From positions 48,490,862 to 48,554,861 of the forward strand of contig CM074511.1 in the NCBI GenBank assembly GCA_037379345.1: a stretch of 64,000 nucleotides of DNA, given 5' to 3'. The DNA is from Perna viridis. Taxonomy: Eukaryota. Under the pieces are notes generated by a model that saw only the letters and a program-made list of their open reading frames with translations, had not been told where the DNA came from and searched no databases. The position numbers were made by a program, and so were the translations under genes. Positions 52,403 through 64,000 of this stretch are shown here, piece by piece (position 1 is the first letter of the stretch; each line of letters starts with the position of its first letter).

Positions 52403-53272
52403 TAATAACTTTGTTTATTTTATATCCAATTTCGTTCCGTAAAATGTTTCATTTAGAAAAAAATAATTCATATTTTGTATGTGAATTTATGAAAAAAAGT
52501 TATTATGATTTAAAGTTAATGCCCCATGCCACTCAATGGATTTTTTTCATTGAGAAATAATATCCTCTGGAAAAAAATAATGTGAAATGATTTCTACAGG
52601 AAAGGATTTAATCCGGATAGTATCATCTTACATCTGTACTTGAACTGTAACAGGATATGTCAATGGAACTATTTTCCTGGTGTGGTGTAAGAGACAGTTA
52701 CAGATGCTAACATGTTTTAAAAATCTATGGGTTTTTGCGACTGCTTTATCAATTCGATCTTCGATCTAAATTAATAAAAAGTTACAGCGAGGACACGAGT
52801 TTGTAACGGACGGATGGGCGGACAGACGAACAGAGTGATCACTATAGGGTGACCGTCACTTTTCGCTGGGCCCTAATATTTACAACTATAGGAGAGTTCT
52901 TCGTGATGTCATCACTTACCTGTGATTTGGTTTTGGTTGGCAAAAAGTCCATTCAGTGGTATGGGGCATCAACTTTAAATCACCATAACTTTTTTCAATT
53001 TTAAAGATAATTGAAAAATTCTTTTGGTTCCCAAATTTGCTAATAAAATTCTTTTTATCCATGAAATTTTTAAATAAATATTCCGTAATTAGACTATATG
53101 TGCATAAGATTTTAATTGAAATTTTATACGAAAATAGAGGTTTACATATAAATATCACTACAAATTTATTTTCAAGTAAAAGAGTTATAAATTCACATTC
53201 AAAATAAGAATTATTTTATCTAAATGAAACATTTTACAGAACCAAAATTGGATATAAAATAACAAAGTAATA
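52403..53272. repeat. Two inverted copies of a repeat fragment (52403-52545 and 52948-53272)
   Basis: ttttatatccaattt..gtaaaatgtttcatttag and gccccat.ccact.aatgga occur in both orientations. Confidence 0.75.
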
Positions 53273-53358
53273 AAGTTTTGAAAATTGGGATTCTGATCAT
53301 GAAATTGTCAATTGTTTATTTATTTGTTTATTTGCCAACCAATTTGACACTTAATGAT

Positions 53359-53586
53359 ATGCAAATTAGTGAATTTGAAATCACTAATGAGATTGGCGAA
53401 CTCTCCTATAAATTTGTATTTTTGTTTTCCGCCTTTGCGTTATTTTTTTCGGCGCCAAATAGAATTATCGTTCTTATTTGTGGCCTTCACCTTGTCGGGT
53501 CACATGAGAAAACTGTCCAATCAAATCACTGTGTCTATTGCCGCCATCTTATTCTGTCTGGAGAGTGGCATGGTGTGAATTTGAAT
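53359..53586 (+). promoter_or_regulatory. Nup153 proximal promoter and 5' UTR
   Basis: ATGCAAAT at 53359, CCAAT boxes at ~53392 (-) and ~53517, E2F-like TTTGGCGC (-) at 53452-53459, CHR-like TTTGAA at ~53374 and ~53580, YY1-like GCCGCCATCTT at 53540. Confidence 0.55.
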
Positions 53587-53639
53587 GAAATTTTATTCTT
53601 TTTACTTTATTAAACACTTTCTCCCAGACTAAACTGAAT

Positions 53640-53714
53640 ATGTCTGAAGAAGGTGGGGGAAAGATAAAAAATAAGCGTCAACACGGCCAAAACAAACCAT
53701 ATGAAAGGAGAAAA
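53640..53714 (+). CDS. NUP153: Nucleoporin Nup153 coding exon 1 (MSEEGGGKIKNKRQHGQNKPYERRK)
   Basis: GGGKI...KPY matches the Nup153 N-terminus; donor gtaagt. Confidence 0.9.
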
Positions 53715-54229
53715 GTAAGTCTGGAAGATAGAAACCGTGGCATGGTCACATTTTGATCTCTACTGACTACTGTTAGGACTGGTATTCGTTTTATATTATT
53801 ACAGAATTGTACTTTGCTGGTGCCCAGTTGCCTGTGCTACTGAACTTGAAATTTTCGTTCTATCGCTTACTTTATACAGATGAAGTCCCTCAATGTGTAA
53901 TTCAAATTTGTCTATTAAAATAAAAGGTAGTTAATTGAAAGCCAATTTCTTTTTGTATTGAAACAAAGTGCAGGTCTTTGATTTGTATCCAGAGTTAATA
54001 GGTTTTTATCTTTGTGTTTGTCATCTAACTGCATTTGGTCAGTAGGCTCTTTTGTGCTGACCTGGATAGTTTTAGAGCATGCTCAATAAACACTTCTGTG
54101 AAGAAAATTCTTTTGTCCTACCCAAGACCTACTTCGTGGAAGTGTATATCGAGCCTGCTCATCAACTTAACACAAAAGAATTTATTTGACAGTATATCAA
54201 TACATGTAGCCCTCAAAGATCAACACACA

Positions 54230-55130
54230 TCTGAGCACGATTTCCTTCAGCATTGAAGGAGAATTCTACATTCCAATGAAATGTACCAGAGCAATTAAAA
54301 TTATGTCTGAATAGTTCTGTCTTAGGTTTAGGAAAAAAGAGCATTGTCTATGGCATTTCTTGGTTTGGATTTTAATTCAGAAACAAATTTTATTTTATCT
54401 TCTAAAGAAGATGGATCTATTCCATTTAAACATTTGAAGATCAATAGGCATTTGTGATGTATAATTCTGTTCTCAGCAGTTAGCCAATCTGAAGAATTCA
54501 AGAGGGAATTAGATGGGGCACAGTAATCTGCATCAAGTATAAGCCTAGCTGTCCTCTTTTGTAGTATTAAGTACACATTGTAATTTTTTTTTGTACAATT
54601 GCCCCAAATAGAACTACAGTAGTCAATTAATGGGAGAATATATCCTGAGTAAAATAGATTCCTTGTTTCTTAGTTAAGGTACTTTTTAATCCTAGAAAGA
54701 AGATAAATTTTTGAGCATACAATGTTTACTTGTTTTGACCAGTTCAGTATCAGATCAATTTAGACTCCTAATAATTTTTCACATTCTGAGTTTTTTAGTT
54801 CTTCAGATTTGATCAGTAACTCAGGGGCACTATTTTTTTTTTTTTTATAAAATCTGTTTAGTCCCAATAACCATTCATTTTGTTTTACTACAATTGATAA
54901 ACATTTTTATTTCTACAACACCAATTTTGTAATTCATTCAAGTCTTACTGAACTTTTGGTTGTACATCATTAATACTTTTACCAGAACAATGAATAGTTG
55001 AGTCGTCAGCATAAAAATCAGTTAAGATATAGTGGAAGGTCATTTAGATAAACGATGAATAATAATGACCTAAGAATGGATCGTTGAGGAACACCATGAT
55101 TGATTGGTAGTTCATCAGATAAAGTACACC
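54230..55130 (-). pseudogene. CR1/L2-type LINE reverse-transcriptase fragment in Nup153 intron 1
   Basis: GVPQRSILRSLLFIVYLNDLP, FYADDST, LQKRTARLIL and IFKCLNG, with stops and frameshifts. Confidence 0.88.
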
Positions 55131-55156
55131 AAATTTATCAAAGTTAGTAATAAGTG

Positions 55157-55744
55157 CAGGGTCCTAGCATGGGCAAAATGGAGGGGCGCAGTGCCCCTCT
55201 GCCCCTGTTGAGTGCCCCCTTAGTGCCCATTTACAATTATCATTGAGATAATGCAGGATTTCCACTCTTGTTAATAAATTACCTCTATCCAATTAAGAAG
55301 TGTCACCTTTGTTAACTACATCCTGTCGTAATTAACCATCAAGTAATTATCAGTGATCAGTCGGCTGACCAGGGTTATCAGATAATGATAACTGAATTCT
55401 TAACTCTTTCTTACGGGAAATTGAGGCTTCAGTAATACATTATCAGCTCGTTCACCTCTATATATATGTGTTATATAAGATGTATCTGTTTTCTAAAAGC
55501 ATTTGGTCATCTGAGAAAGGTCTTTCAATACAATAAGGGTGTCATGCATATATTAATCATGCAGTCAAATTATGGTGCGACCCTCATTTTCGAAAGTTGG
55601 CAGGTAAGCAATAAGAATACAAATTACTGACTTAACACAAACATACAAAATCAATGTCCCTTTTTTGTTGAAAAAAAACATGCTACATATTCAAGTGCCC
55701 TCTTCCCTGCACCCTTCTATTTTCAAATCCTAGCTAGAACACTG
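55157..55744. mobile_element. hAT-like MITE with 5-bp TSD AAGTG
   Basis: TIRs CAGGGTCCTAGC and GCTAGAACACTG; aagtg on both flanks. Confidence 0.75.
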
Positions 55745-55805
55745 AAGTGTATTGACTCACTAATGAATTTTTAAGATTGTAGGTGATTAAAACTTCTCTT
55801 TTCAG

Positions 55806-55916
55806 TCTTGGCTAGGAAAAGTGAAAGACCTTGTAACACCATCATGGTTGTCTGGTTTTGTTAAAACTCCAAAAGAGCAGGACAAAGAGTGTCATAAAGA
55901 AGAAAAGAGAACTAGG
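55806..55916 (+). CDS. NUP153: Nup153 exon 2 (SWLGKVKDLVTPSWLSGFV...)
   Basis: ag/gt bounded, phase 0-0; resembles the conserved VK..VP.WL amphipathic segment. Confidence 0.9.
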
Positions 55917-56421
55917 GTATAGTTTATGATAAATATATGAAATTGATTTTTAATATGTATTTGGTAAGATTATTAAGAAGCTGTCTATGTAAAAATTAGG
56001 CAGATCCTTTGATATGGTTGACACAGGGTGAATTTGATCCCACTGAATTTATTGTTCCATTGTAATGTTTATACTGTTTGTGTGTCAGATAGTGAAGAGA
56101 TTTTTTTAAAAGCAACAACAGATAGGTCGGAAATGAAATTTGAATTTCCTAACTGTGCAACCAATTTTGCATGAAATTCAAGAGTTATCTCCCTTTGTAA
56201 TCATTGCAGTCAATCAAAAACAAACATTCAACTTCAAAGAGAGGATGCATTTGTGATAAGGAATTGATGAAAATCTGTTTTAAAACAAAATTTATCATGT
56301 GCACCCACTGTTTGGTTTTTGCATGCACACCCTCTTGAAATTTAAGTATAGAAAAATATATTTAAAGAAAAACCCAAATTAGCTATAAGAATTAACTTCA
56401 GTGATAAATGTCACCACTTTA

Positions 56422-57217
56422 TAGTGTTCTAGGATTCCCATTACCCGTTACCCGTGGTAAGTGAGTTTTCAGGTGGGGGAAAGTAATTTGGTTACCCGTG
56501 TGGAAGTCAGTTTTGATGTTTGGGTATATTGAAAAAGAGTCCTAACTTTTCCAACATGTGGCAATTATTTCTGAAATTATTTCAGCAGAATTTTAAGCTT
56601 TATTCTTTAGAAAACATTATTGTTTTGTTTTGCTTTTTTATTCATCACGATCCTTTCGGAGCTTGTATTGAAGTCAAACAAGATCATGATGCAAAAACTT
56701 TTTTTTATCCGAAAACGGGAAGTTTCATCATTGTATATTTGTTTGCAAATAAATATGAAATGTATTGAGGGGAGAGGGGGCACCTGAGTCTGAGAAAGGT
56801 AACCAAAGGGTAAAAAGCCAAAAAATGTAGAAGTTCCCGTACAAGTTTTTATCAGAGTTATGCCCAGCAATGTTTTTTAAATACAAAACTTAATGTTTGA
56901 ATGGTGGGAAATTCAAAATAAAAATGGGTTCACATCCTCAAAAGAGGTAGAGCCCCCTCTTGTGAAGAATCAAAATTGTTATTGCCTGGTCATCTTAGTG
57001 TATTCATTTATAAGAATCAGACAGTAAAAATACATCACATTCTCTGCTTCTCAGAAATGATTGCACATGTTACCAAATCATATGACACATATTTTGTATT
57101 TGAAATGTTACTTTCAATGTGGGTAAGTTCATTTAAATCTTAGTAAGTCATTTTTTTTTTTTTTGGAGGCCACTTACCCCTGGTAAGTCAAGTTGATCAA
57201 AAAATCCTAGAACAATG
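56422..57217. mobile_element. hAT-like MITE with 5-bp TSD CTTTA
   Basis: TIRs tAGTGTTCTAGGAT and ATCCTAGAACAATG; cttta on both flanks. Confidence 0.75.
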
Positions 57218-57897
57218 CTTTAACTGGTTGAGACCACTAGAAATCTTGCATACTTAAGAATGGCATGCCTCTTAGACCAATTGAGGAACATAACAATGGA
57301 CTCAATTAATGTGTTATCAATTGACCAATTGCTTCAATTGTCTACTAATACAGCTGTATTGAGAGTTGCTCATGTTTAAATTGTAATAAAAAGTTTTCTG
57401 TTGAAGTTTTGGTTTCGATTCCCCTTTATTTCAAATACATATTGGGTTAATATGGTATTCTATCTATTCTATGCTCATGAAAATTTGAATGGGAATTTCA
57501 CTTTCGTGTAATTACCTGATAAAGCATTTTCTATGAAGGTGCATACTTCCTTCCAAGACTTATTGACTAGATAATATACTGACAGTCATTCAGTTCATGG
57601 AAATACTTCTTTATGCAATATTGTTGATATTCTGTGTTAAAGAAGACAATGAAAGTTGTTAGGGAGATGGCAATTGAAAATGTACCTATTAAAACACACA
57701 AGAACAACTTATAGTAAACTTGCAATAATGACATATTCTGGTATCGCATTGACTTGAATGGTAGGACATTCCCTATACATGTACAGGTATTCAATTTCTT
57801 TATATAGAAGAATTCCCAACCTGTTGAAGCCTTCTACAGACCTGTTTACCTTTACAATTTCAGCATAGTTTCAACCTTTCACCCCTTTATTATGTCC

Positions 57898-58051
57898 CAG
57901 AGTTAGAAATAGTAGCCTGCTCGCCAGCCTGAGACTGGCTATTTTTTGGCAGGGCTGGCTAATTTTAGCAAAAATTTATATAGCCATATGGTAAATATAT
58001 TGGAAAATTGTATTCAGGGCTGGCTAGAATGTGAGTGAGTTTCTTACCCTG
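57898..58051. mobile_element. Short CAG...CTG MITE with ~7-bp TSD
   Basis: TIRs CAGAGTTAGAAA and TTTCTTACCCTG; flanks tatgtcc and catgtcc. Confidence 0.55.
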
Positions 58052-58687
58052 CATGTCCTAGGTGGCCCTGCCCCTGATCGTCAATTTCCATGACTTAAGT
58101 TTTAAAACATTGAAAATTGGAAAGTAGTAGCTTTCACAGACTTTCAATAAACAAATCCTTGACCTGGAGTCGGATGTGATAAAAATGACTGGTGGCATGT
58201 CCATTCAAAAGAACTAATGTTATTGACCTGCATTACACTCGTATTAGTAAAAAAATTTTAACATATAATTCAACCAAGGGCTATTTAGTAACGTTCAGAA
58301 AACATTCATGCGATGCAGGAAATGGTACTTTATTTTCAAGTTTTTTTTGGGACAAATTATTATTTTGACTAAAACTACTGAGTCACTGGAGAAAATACTT
58401 CTAAAGGCAAAAAGGTTTAAACAAGTAAGCTTTTAGTGAAACCCCTTGCAAGAATGAAAATATTTAGTGACTGAACTTGATATTTCTTAATCTATACACA
58501 TACATTTTTATTGTATAAGCTTGATTTGTTCAAGCAGAGGCTGTGTGATTGTCTTGTATGTTAAGTGTTATTTGTAGTTCTTCATGCTTTATGTCACTTG
58601 TTGGATAATTCATCTTAACAAGATGTAACAAATCAGATGGTAGGTATAGCAGGATTATGATATGAATTGGTATTTGATGTTTTTTAG

Positions 58688-58934
58688 GCTCTTGCTGTGT
58701 CTTCATTGGAAAATGACACTAGAACACCACCAGTTATAGTTCCACTTAACAAACATAATGGAAGTCCTGGTCAATTAATGGCCCCTCCTCAGACAACTGT
58801 TACAACTCATCCTAGACCCACAGAGACACATAGGCAAGAAAGTTTACCTTTTCAAGCTGGATTTACATCTTCTCAACTTCCTTTGATACCTGAAAAAATC
58901 TCCGACCATCACTATCAGCACTGCAGTGACAATG
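58688..58934 (+). CDS. NUP153: Nup153 exon 3
   Basis: Starts ttttag|GCT and ends G|gtaagt; phase 0-1, open. Confidence 0.85.
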
Positions 58935-59089
58935 GTAAGTACATTTTCAATGCATGAAACCAAACAAAATAATATGAGTACAGTTGTGATATTCCAAAAA
59001 AAAAATTACCCCATATTTTTCTTGCCATGGCCTTAAATTGTATTCTGGACGGTTGGAGTAGTTACAAAAAATTAAATATTTCATTCCAG

Positions 59090-59263
59090 ATGAGAGTATA
59101 TCAGATAAAAGTGATCACTCTAAATCTACCAGTGGCTGCTCTTCAATGATTCCTCATCCACCTAGTACAACACAGAAGGATCGTGTAATGTTGGAATTGA
59201 ATGATACTGATTTAGGCAATATTAAAGATAAATTAGTTGGATCAAGTGAAAAAACTCAGTCAA
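59090..59263 (+). CDS. NUP153: Nup153 exon 4 (DESISDKSDHSKSTSGCSSM...)
   Basis: Phase 1-1, open; STSG.SS motif. Confidence 0.88.
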
Positions 59264-59447
59264 GTAAGTTTACTTTTTCATGTACAAACCATTCTTGATA
59301 TATAGTAAAAGTGAAGTTAGACTGTAAAAATGTATGCCTTGCTGTATCGTAAAGTAGTTTAAGCAGTTCTTATGTTGATTGCTATTTCGAGAAGTTTAGT
59401 TTACTATGAAATATACTAGTAAGCTATTGTGATTTTTTTTTTTGCAG

Positions 59448-59560
59448 GAATAAGTAGATCTGCTACTTGGACAGCCCAATATAACACCAAGAGACCAAAA
59501 AGACCTGCATTAGCTTCCAAACCAAGCTTTGATGTGTCATTATTTGGATCACCTATTTCT
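59448..59560 (+). CDS. NUP153: Nup153 exon 5 (...KPSFDVSLFGSPIS)
   Basis: Phase 1-0; conserved KP.F..S.FG motif. Confidence 0.92.
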
Positions 59561-60215
59561 GTATGTTTATATTACACTTTCAAAAATTAGATAAAACGAG
59601 ATGAGAAGCCTCAGACAGCTTGTACTGGAAGTAAATACCCATAGTCTTGTTGTTGACTATTTGCTCTGAAACTGAGAATAGCTCCTTGAAGTTTTTAATT
59701 TCTCTATCTATATTTATATAAAAAAAGTCTTTCTAAACAATATAAGGGTGTTAACTGAAATTTTTGGTCAATTTGTACATCTCTGTAAGAAATGTAGATT
59801 CTGTCAACTCGAGTATATTCATTAAAAACTAAAAATTCGTATCCATACAGTGATTCCTAAGGTCTATCATTTGTTGTCCAACTTATCTCTGGACAATATG
59901 TTTGAGGAACATTTCATATGGAATTGAATGGTCTGGTATTACCTTTATTGAAATAAGACAGACTAGATGTTTGCATGGTCACCTGTTATGCCTTTACTTA
60001 GCTTTTCAAGTACACTGTTGACAATGTCTGCATTTGAAAAGGAGTTAACTTTTATCTGTATTGATAATCTAAATATGCACATTGTACTCTTCATAATTTG
60101 AGCTTTTTTTAAAATTTTTTCGTCCTGCATGTATAAGCTTGTCTCTGTCTGACAAGAAATAATTACTTTGGGAATGATGCGAATCACTAGGGATAATCTG
60201 CTTCTGTTTGTTTAG

Positions 60216-60338
60216 GGATCCAGTGGCACCATTCCAAGAGACAAACTAAATGAGTCAACATTTTACCCAGGAAAAACTGCTTTTGGAGGAGCAGCATCAC
60301 AAAGAAGACAGAGCCTCAGTACAACTGCCCCATATCAG
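60216..60338 (+). CDS. NUP153: Nup153 exon 6 (...FYPGKTAFGGAAS...PYQ)
   Basis: Hallmark FYPGKT(T/A)(Y/F)GGA motif; phase 0-0. Confidence 0.95.
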
Positions 60339-60362
60339 GTATATTTCAAGCATTTTATAGTA

Positions 60363-61306
60363 CAGTCGACTCCACTTAATCGCATATCGCTTTATTGCAT
60401 ATTTCGGTTTTTAGCATAATTTTCTCCTGCACAAAACCATTTCCTATTATTCTATTAGGGAAAAAATCGCTTATTTGCATAGGCCTTGCAGGTGCATTTC
60501 GGTTTATTGCATAGAGAATTTTGCCTCATCCAGGTAAAGACAGGTTTTCCCAAATTCTATTTTAAGCCTTCGGGTCATAAATATGTCAATCATATTTATT
60601 GTTGTAAAACTAGATTATCATCAATCAGGAGGTGTTGATAATGGATTAAAAACATAATTGACATAAAAGACAATTTAAATGATTTCTAATTACAGTAAAA
60701 TAAACAAGCACCTAGGTGAACAATGACTTCTGACGACATGCCAAACATCACCTTATGATGCGGCTTGGGGTATTTTTGGTCTCTATTTAAATTCTTCCGA
60801 CTACAAATGATTATCAATGTAAATTTAATTTTCTTTAATGAGCTGAACAGTTTTTAGTGAGCTTGGGTGTACTAGGCATAAATATCAACCGAAAATTAAG
60901 TCATCATTCATTCAGTACAATGTCTAATGAAATTCAACTACCCTAAGGTGCCCCATACTATCCACACTTCATAGGAATATATCGAGGTCAATGACGCGTA
61001 TAATACACAACTATCAGTGTACAACGGTGATTGAACAGAGGAATAAAAACGCACAGACCATTTCAAAAGCCCAGAAACTGCAAACATTGATGAATATTAC
61101 ACTGAATCCTGGCTGAAATATGAAATATGGGACTTTCTTTCATAGAAAGGTCAGGAAATTACTTGACTATTTATAGATGAGAAACACATGGTTTTACTTA
61201 AAAATACACACAACCGGTAAAATCGTAATTTCGGTTATAAGAATAGCCCGGTTAATTGCGTAATTTTTACTGGCAAATAGGCTATGCAATTAAGCGGAAT
61301 CCACTG
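60363..61306. mobile_element. Tc1/pogo-like MITE with TA TSD
   Basis: TA|CAGTCGACTCCACTTAATCGCATA ... TATGCAATTAAGCGGAATCCACTG|TA. Confidence 0.88.
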
Positions 61307-61803
61307 TACCACATAGTGTTATTAAACCTGTTTTCAACACAAAGCTCAAGAGAAGAAACTCTCTACTTAGGCCTAAAACAAAAATGTCTGTGTTTCTGCT
61401 TAGGGCTATTCCAGAAATAATGTGAGGGGGAGTCGGGGAGCACCTCTATTAAAATTTGATGGATGGTTGTGAATTAAGATAGATAGCATTAACAATTTAA
61501 ATTGTATGCATGATGGGGTAAAATTAAAAGTGCTTTCTGACCTCCCCCCTACAATCCCTGTGGAAACACTGGTTTTTTTTTCTTGGCTTTAGAAATGTTG
61601 TGTTGGAATTATAAAAAATTGTAATTTTGCATTTGAAATAGTCCATTATTCAACAATGACAATCTTGCTAATACATGATGTATATGGTCAGTTATCTGTA
61701 TTGGGGAATTTTAAATAACACATAGATATTATATTTAAATTTATGCTTTCCATAATTTGTTACCAGTAATCTATCTGAATTAGAAAGCATTTTATACTTG
61801 CAG

Positions 61804-61935
61804 TCATCACCATTCCCTGTTAGACAAAAGATGAAAGCCAAAACTCTTAACAACACTTTCTCTGGATCTGTTTCCACAAGTGGAACTGCTAGAAAAATAT
61901 TGGAGACCCTGGAGAGAATGACTACACCTTTAGGA
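61804..61935 (+). CDS. NUP153: Nup153 exon 7 (...PVRQKMKAK...TARKILETLERMTTPLG)
   Basis: Matches vertebrate TARRILQSLEKMSSPL. Confidence 0.95.
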
Positions 61936-62406
61936 GTAAGCATGCAGTTGCTTTCAGAATTTTGGTTGAATGAAGCCCAAATGAAATGGATTTTCATAGC
62001 ATGTTGCAGATTGCAAATCTGAATAGAGGGATTGATACACAATGTTTAATGTGTAGAGATTCATAACCTTTGAATTTATTGGAGAAACTTATTACACATA
62101 ACATTCAAAATTATGTAATGTTAAGAGTTTTTGGTAAACAGCTCGGAAGTGTTTTATAGAATAATTGTTCCTTTGTAATTGAATTTTGGTACAAATAAAC
62201 TTTAGTAAGATACCTGCAAATTCATCTGCATTTAAAATGGAGGACAAGGAAGGTAGGGGCTATGGGACCATTTGCCCATCAGCATGGAAAACAGCCTTTA
62301 ACATTTTAATTTCGCTTTTAAAAAAAGCCGATAATAGTCTTGTAATTGAAAAGAAAACCTTTCTAATCCTTGAAAAATGCATGAACGAGTATTTTGTTAT
62401 TTTTAG

Positions 62407-62472
62407 GATGCAAGAAAAATACCAGTTGATGACACAGTAATGCAGAGTTTGAGTTCATCATTTTCCTTTACT
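62407..62472 (+). CDS. NUP153: Nup153 exon 8 (DARKIPVDD...)
   Basis: Matches DAKRIP; phase 0-0. Confidence 0.92.
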
Positions 62473-62716
62473 GTAAGATTTACAATTTTGATTGTGTCAA
62501 TATATTAGTGTACTTCATATTTTTGTATTTATGTGTACTGTATATTTATGTCCATCCATATCATTTTGCTTATTTCTTCACCCAAGCATTTTTAAACTAT
62601 CAACCAGTGGTTAATTTGAATCCTTAATTGGAGCTCTTGTACACATTCATATTAAAAGATTAAAATATGTGATTATCTTGAATATACACTCTTTCAAATC
62701 TAAAGAGAGAAACTTA

Positions 62717-63023
62717 GAATGAATCTACTACAGAATATAAACAGATTATTTACTAACGTACATGCTTGAGAATGAATCTACTACAGAAAATAAACAGATT
62801 ATTCACTAACGTACATGCTGGAGAATGAATCTACTACAGAAAATAAACAGATTATTCACTAACATACATGCTTGAGAATGAATCTACTACAGAAAATAAA
62901 CAGATTATTCACTAACGCACATGCTTGAGAATGAATCTACTACAGAAAATAAACAGATTATTGACTAACGTACATGCTTGAGAATGAATCTACTACAGAA
63001 AATAAACAGATTATTCACTAACG
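62717..63023. repeat. Minisatellite, 53-bp unit x~5.8
   Basis: Units start at 62717, 62770, 62823, 62876, 62929 and 62982 and are nearly identical. Confidence 0.97.
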
Positions 63024-63066
63024 CTTTGTTAATGTGGTAATAAAAACCTTAATTATGAAATTTCAG

Positions 63067-63135
63067 CCGTCTGTATATAGAAGACCTACAAGACATAGTA
63101 TAGGTGGCTATCTAAACTCCTCAAGAGAATTGCAG
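63067..63135 (+). CDS. NUP153: Nup153 exon 9 (PSVYRRPTRHSIGGYLNSSRELQ); the gene continues beyond the window
   Basis: Starts tttcag|CCG and ends CAG|gtgtgt; phase 0-0. Confidence 0.8.
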
Positions 63136-64000
63136 GTGTGTTTAATTTACAATATGATTTTAGGTATTTACTACATAACTTTTGTCTTATTTGATAAGAA
63201 ATTTGTCTGCATTATTGATTGTAAAGATCATTATGTTTTTGAGTTTTATTACAGTACTGAAAGAGGCATACCATGACTGAACTAACACATAAAGAGATTT
63301 TTTGTTACTTCTATTTTTTTTGTGATGGTAGGCTTTGCCATTTTAAATGCGTAAAAGATATCAAAATAAAAATTTTGCCAATGGGACTATGGCCCCCTTA
63401 CCCTTCATTTCAATGGACGTGTATATAACTATCATATGTTAATGTCAATAGATTGTCACTTCAGATCATTTTCCTTTTCTGTTGTTTGAGTTTTTATACT
63501 TGTGTATTGTCTAGTGCTTTATCAGAGTCCACAGACCCCTAAGTTGTTTATGTGAGAGCCTGTTTCTTAGTTTAGTTATAATTAAATTTTGCCCATTTAT
63601 CTTGGAATTTATTTTGGTTGGGCTTTAGGACCAGATGACATGACTTCACCGTCATCAGTATTTTTGCAATAGGGGGTTCAGAATCATGTTCAGCTGCCAA
63701 GTCTGTTTCTACAACTATTTCTGTTTGATTTTAGTTACCAAGGCCATACAAAAAATGCCAAGGTTCTCGGGTCACTTTTTCGAAAAAAAATTTTTTTTTT
63801 TATCAGAAGCAAGTTTTTTTTTTCTCGGGAAATTTCATCAAATTTAACAATTCTGTAAACGTACAGGATGTTGAGAAATTAAATAAAATACTTTGTGGCA
63901 TTAAAACTTTACTGGAATATGAGATGTAGCAAGAAATAAAAGTCATCTCTCCGCCACTAGACTAACTTCAGTTTTTTAATGATCAGTGCTTAATAACAGC

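Noticed and set aside
62717-63023. CRISPR-like regular repeats (also 11983-12136 and 3430-3590)
   Set aside because: Head-to-tail units with no unique spacers, a eukaryotic intron context and no cas genes.
578-63276. Most 60-110 aa ORFs in the supplied track
   Set aside because: AT-rich F/I/K/L-biased composition, often TTG or GTG starts, located in introns or repeats, and no splice-consistent context.

Overview
AT-rich, intron- and transposon-rich animal DNA; the repeat families look like a bivalve, probably mytilid (inference). Two genes are transcribed divergently. (1) On the + strand are the first 9 coding exons of nucleoporin Nup153 (53640 to beyond 63135). All splice phases are consistent, and the promoter carries E2F, CHR, CCAAT and YY1-like motifs. 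(2) On the - strand (38406 down to 4292, probably continuing past the left edge) is an unidentified gene with an array of unrelated ATG-initiated first exons spread over ~31 kb. Their splice phases all converge on one reading frame of a shared exon at 4292-4515. That exon has two acceptor AGs 11 nt apart, so both phase-0 and phase-2 donors enter the same frame. This variable-N-terminus/constant-exon locus is the most interesting candidate system here. The intergenic region holds a decayed, internally deleted BEL/Pao LTR element inserted inside a LINE reverse-transcriptase remnant, and three DNA transposons nested inside one another (9-bp, 3-bp and TTAA target duplications). There are many MITEs, Helentron-like elements and minisatellites. 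No tRNA, rRNA or CRISPR was recognised. Exon models were built by hand from ORFs and splice signals, without transcript data.
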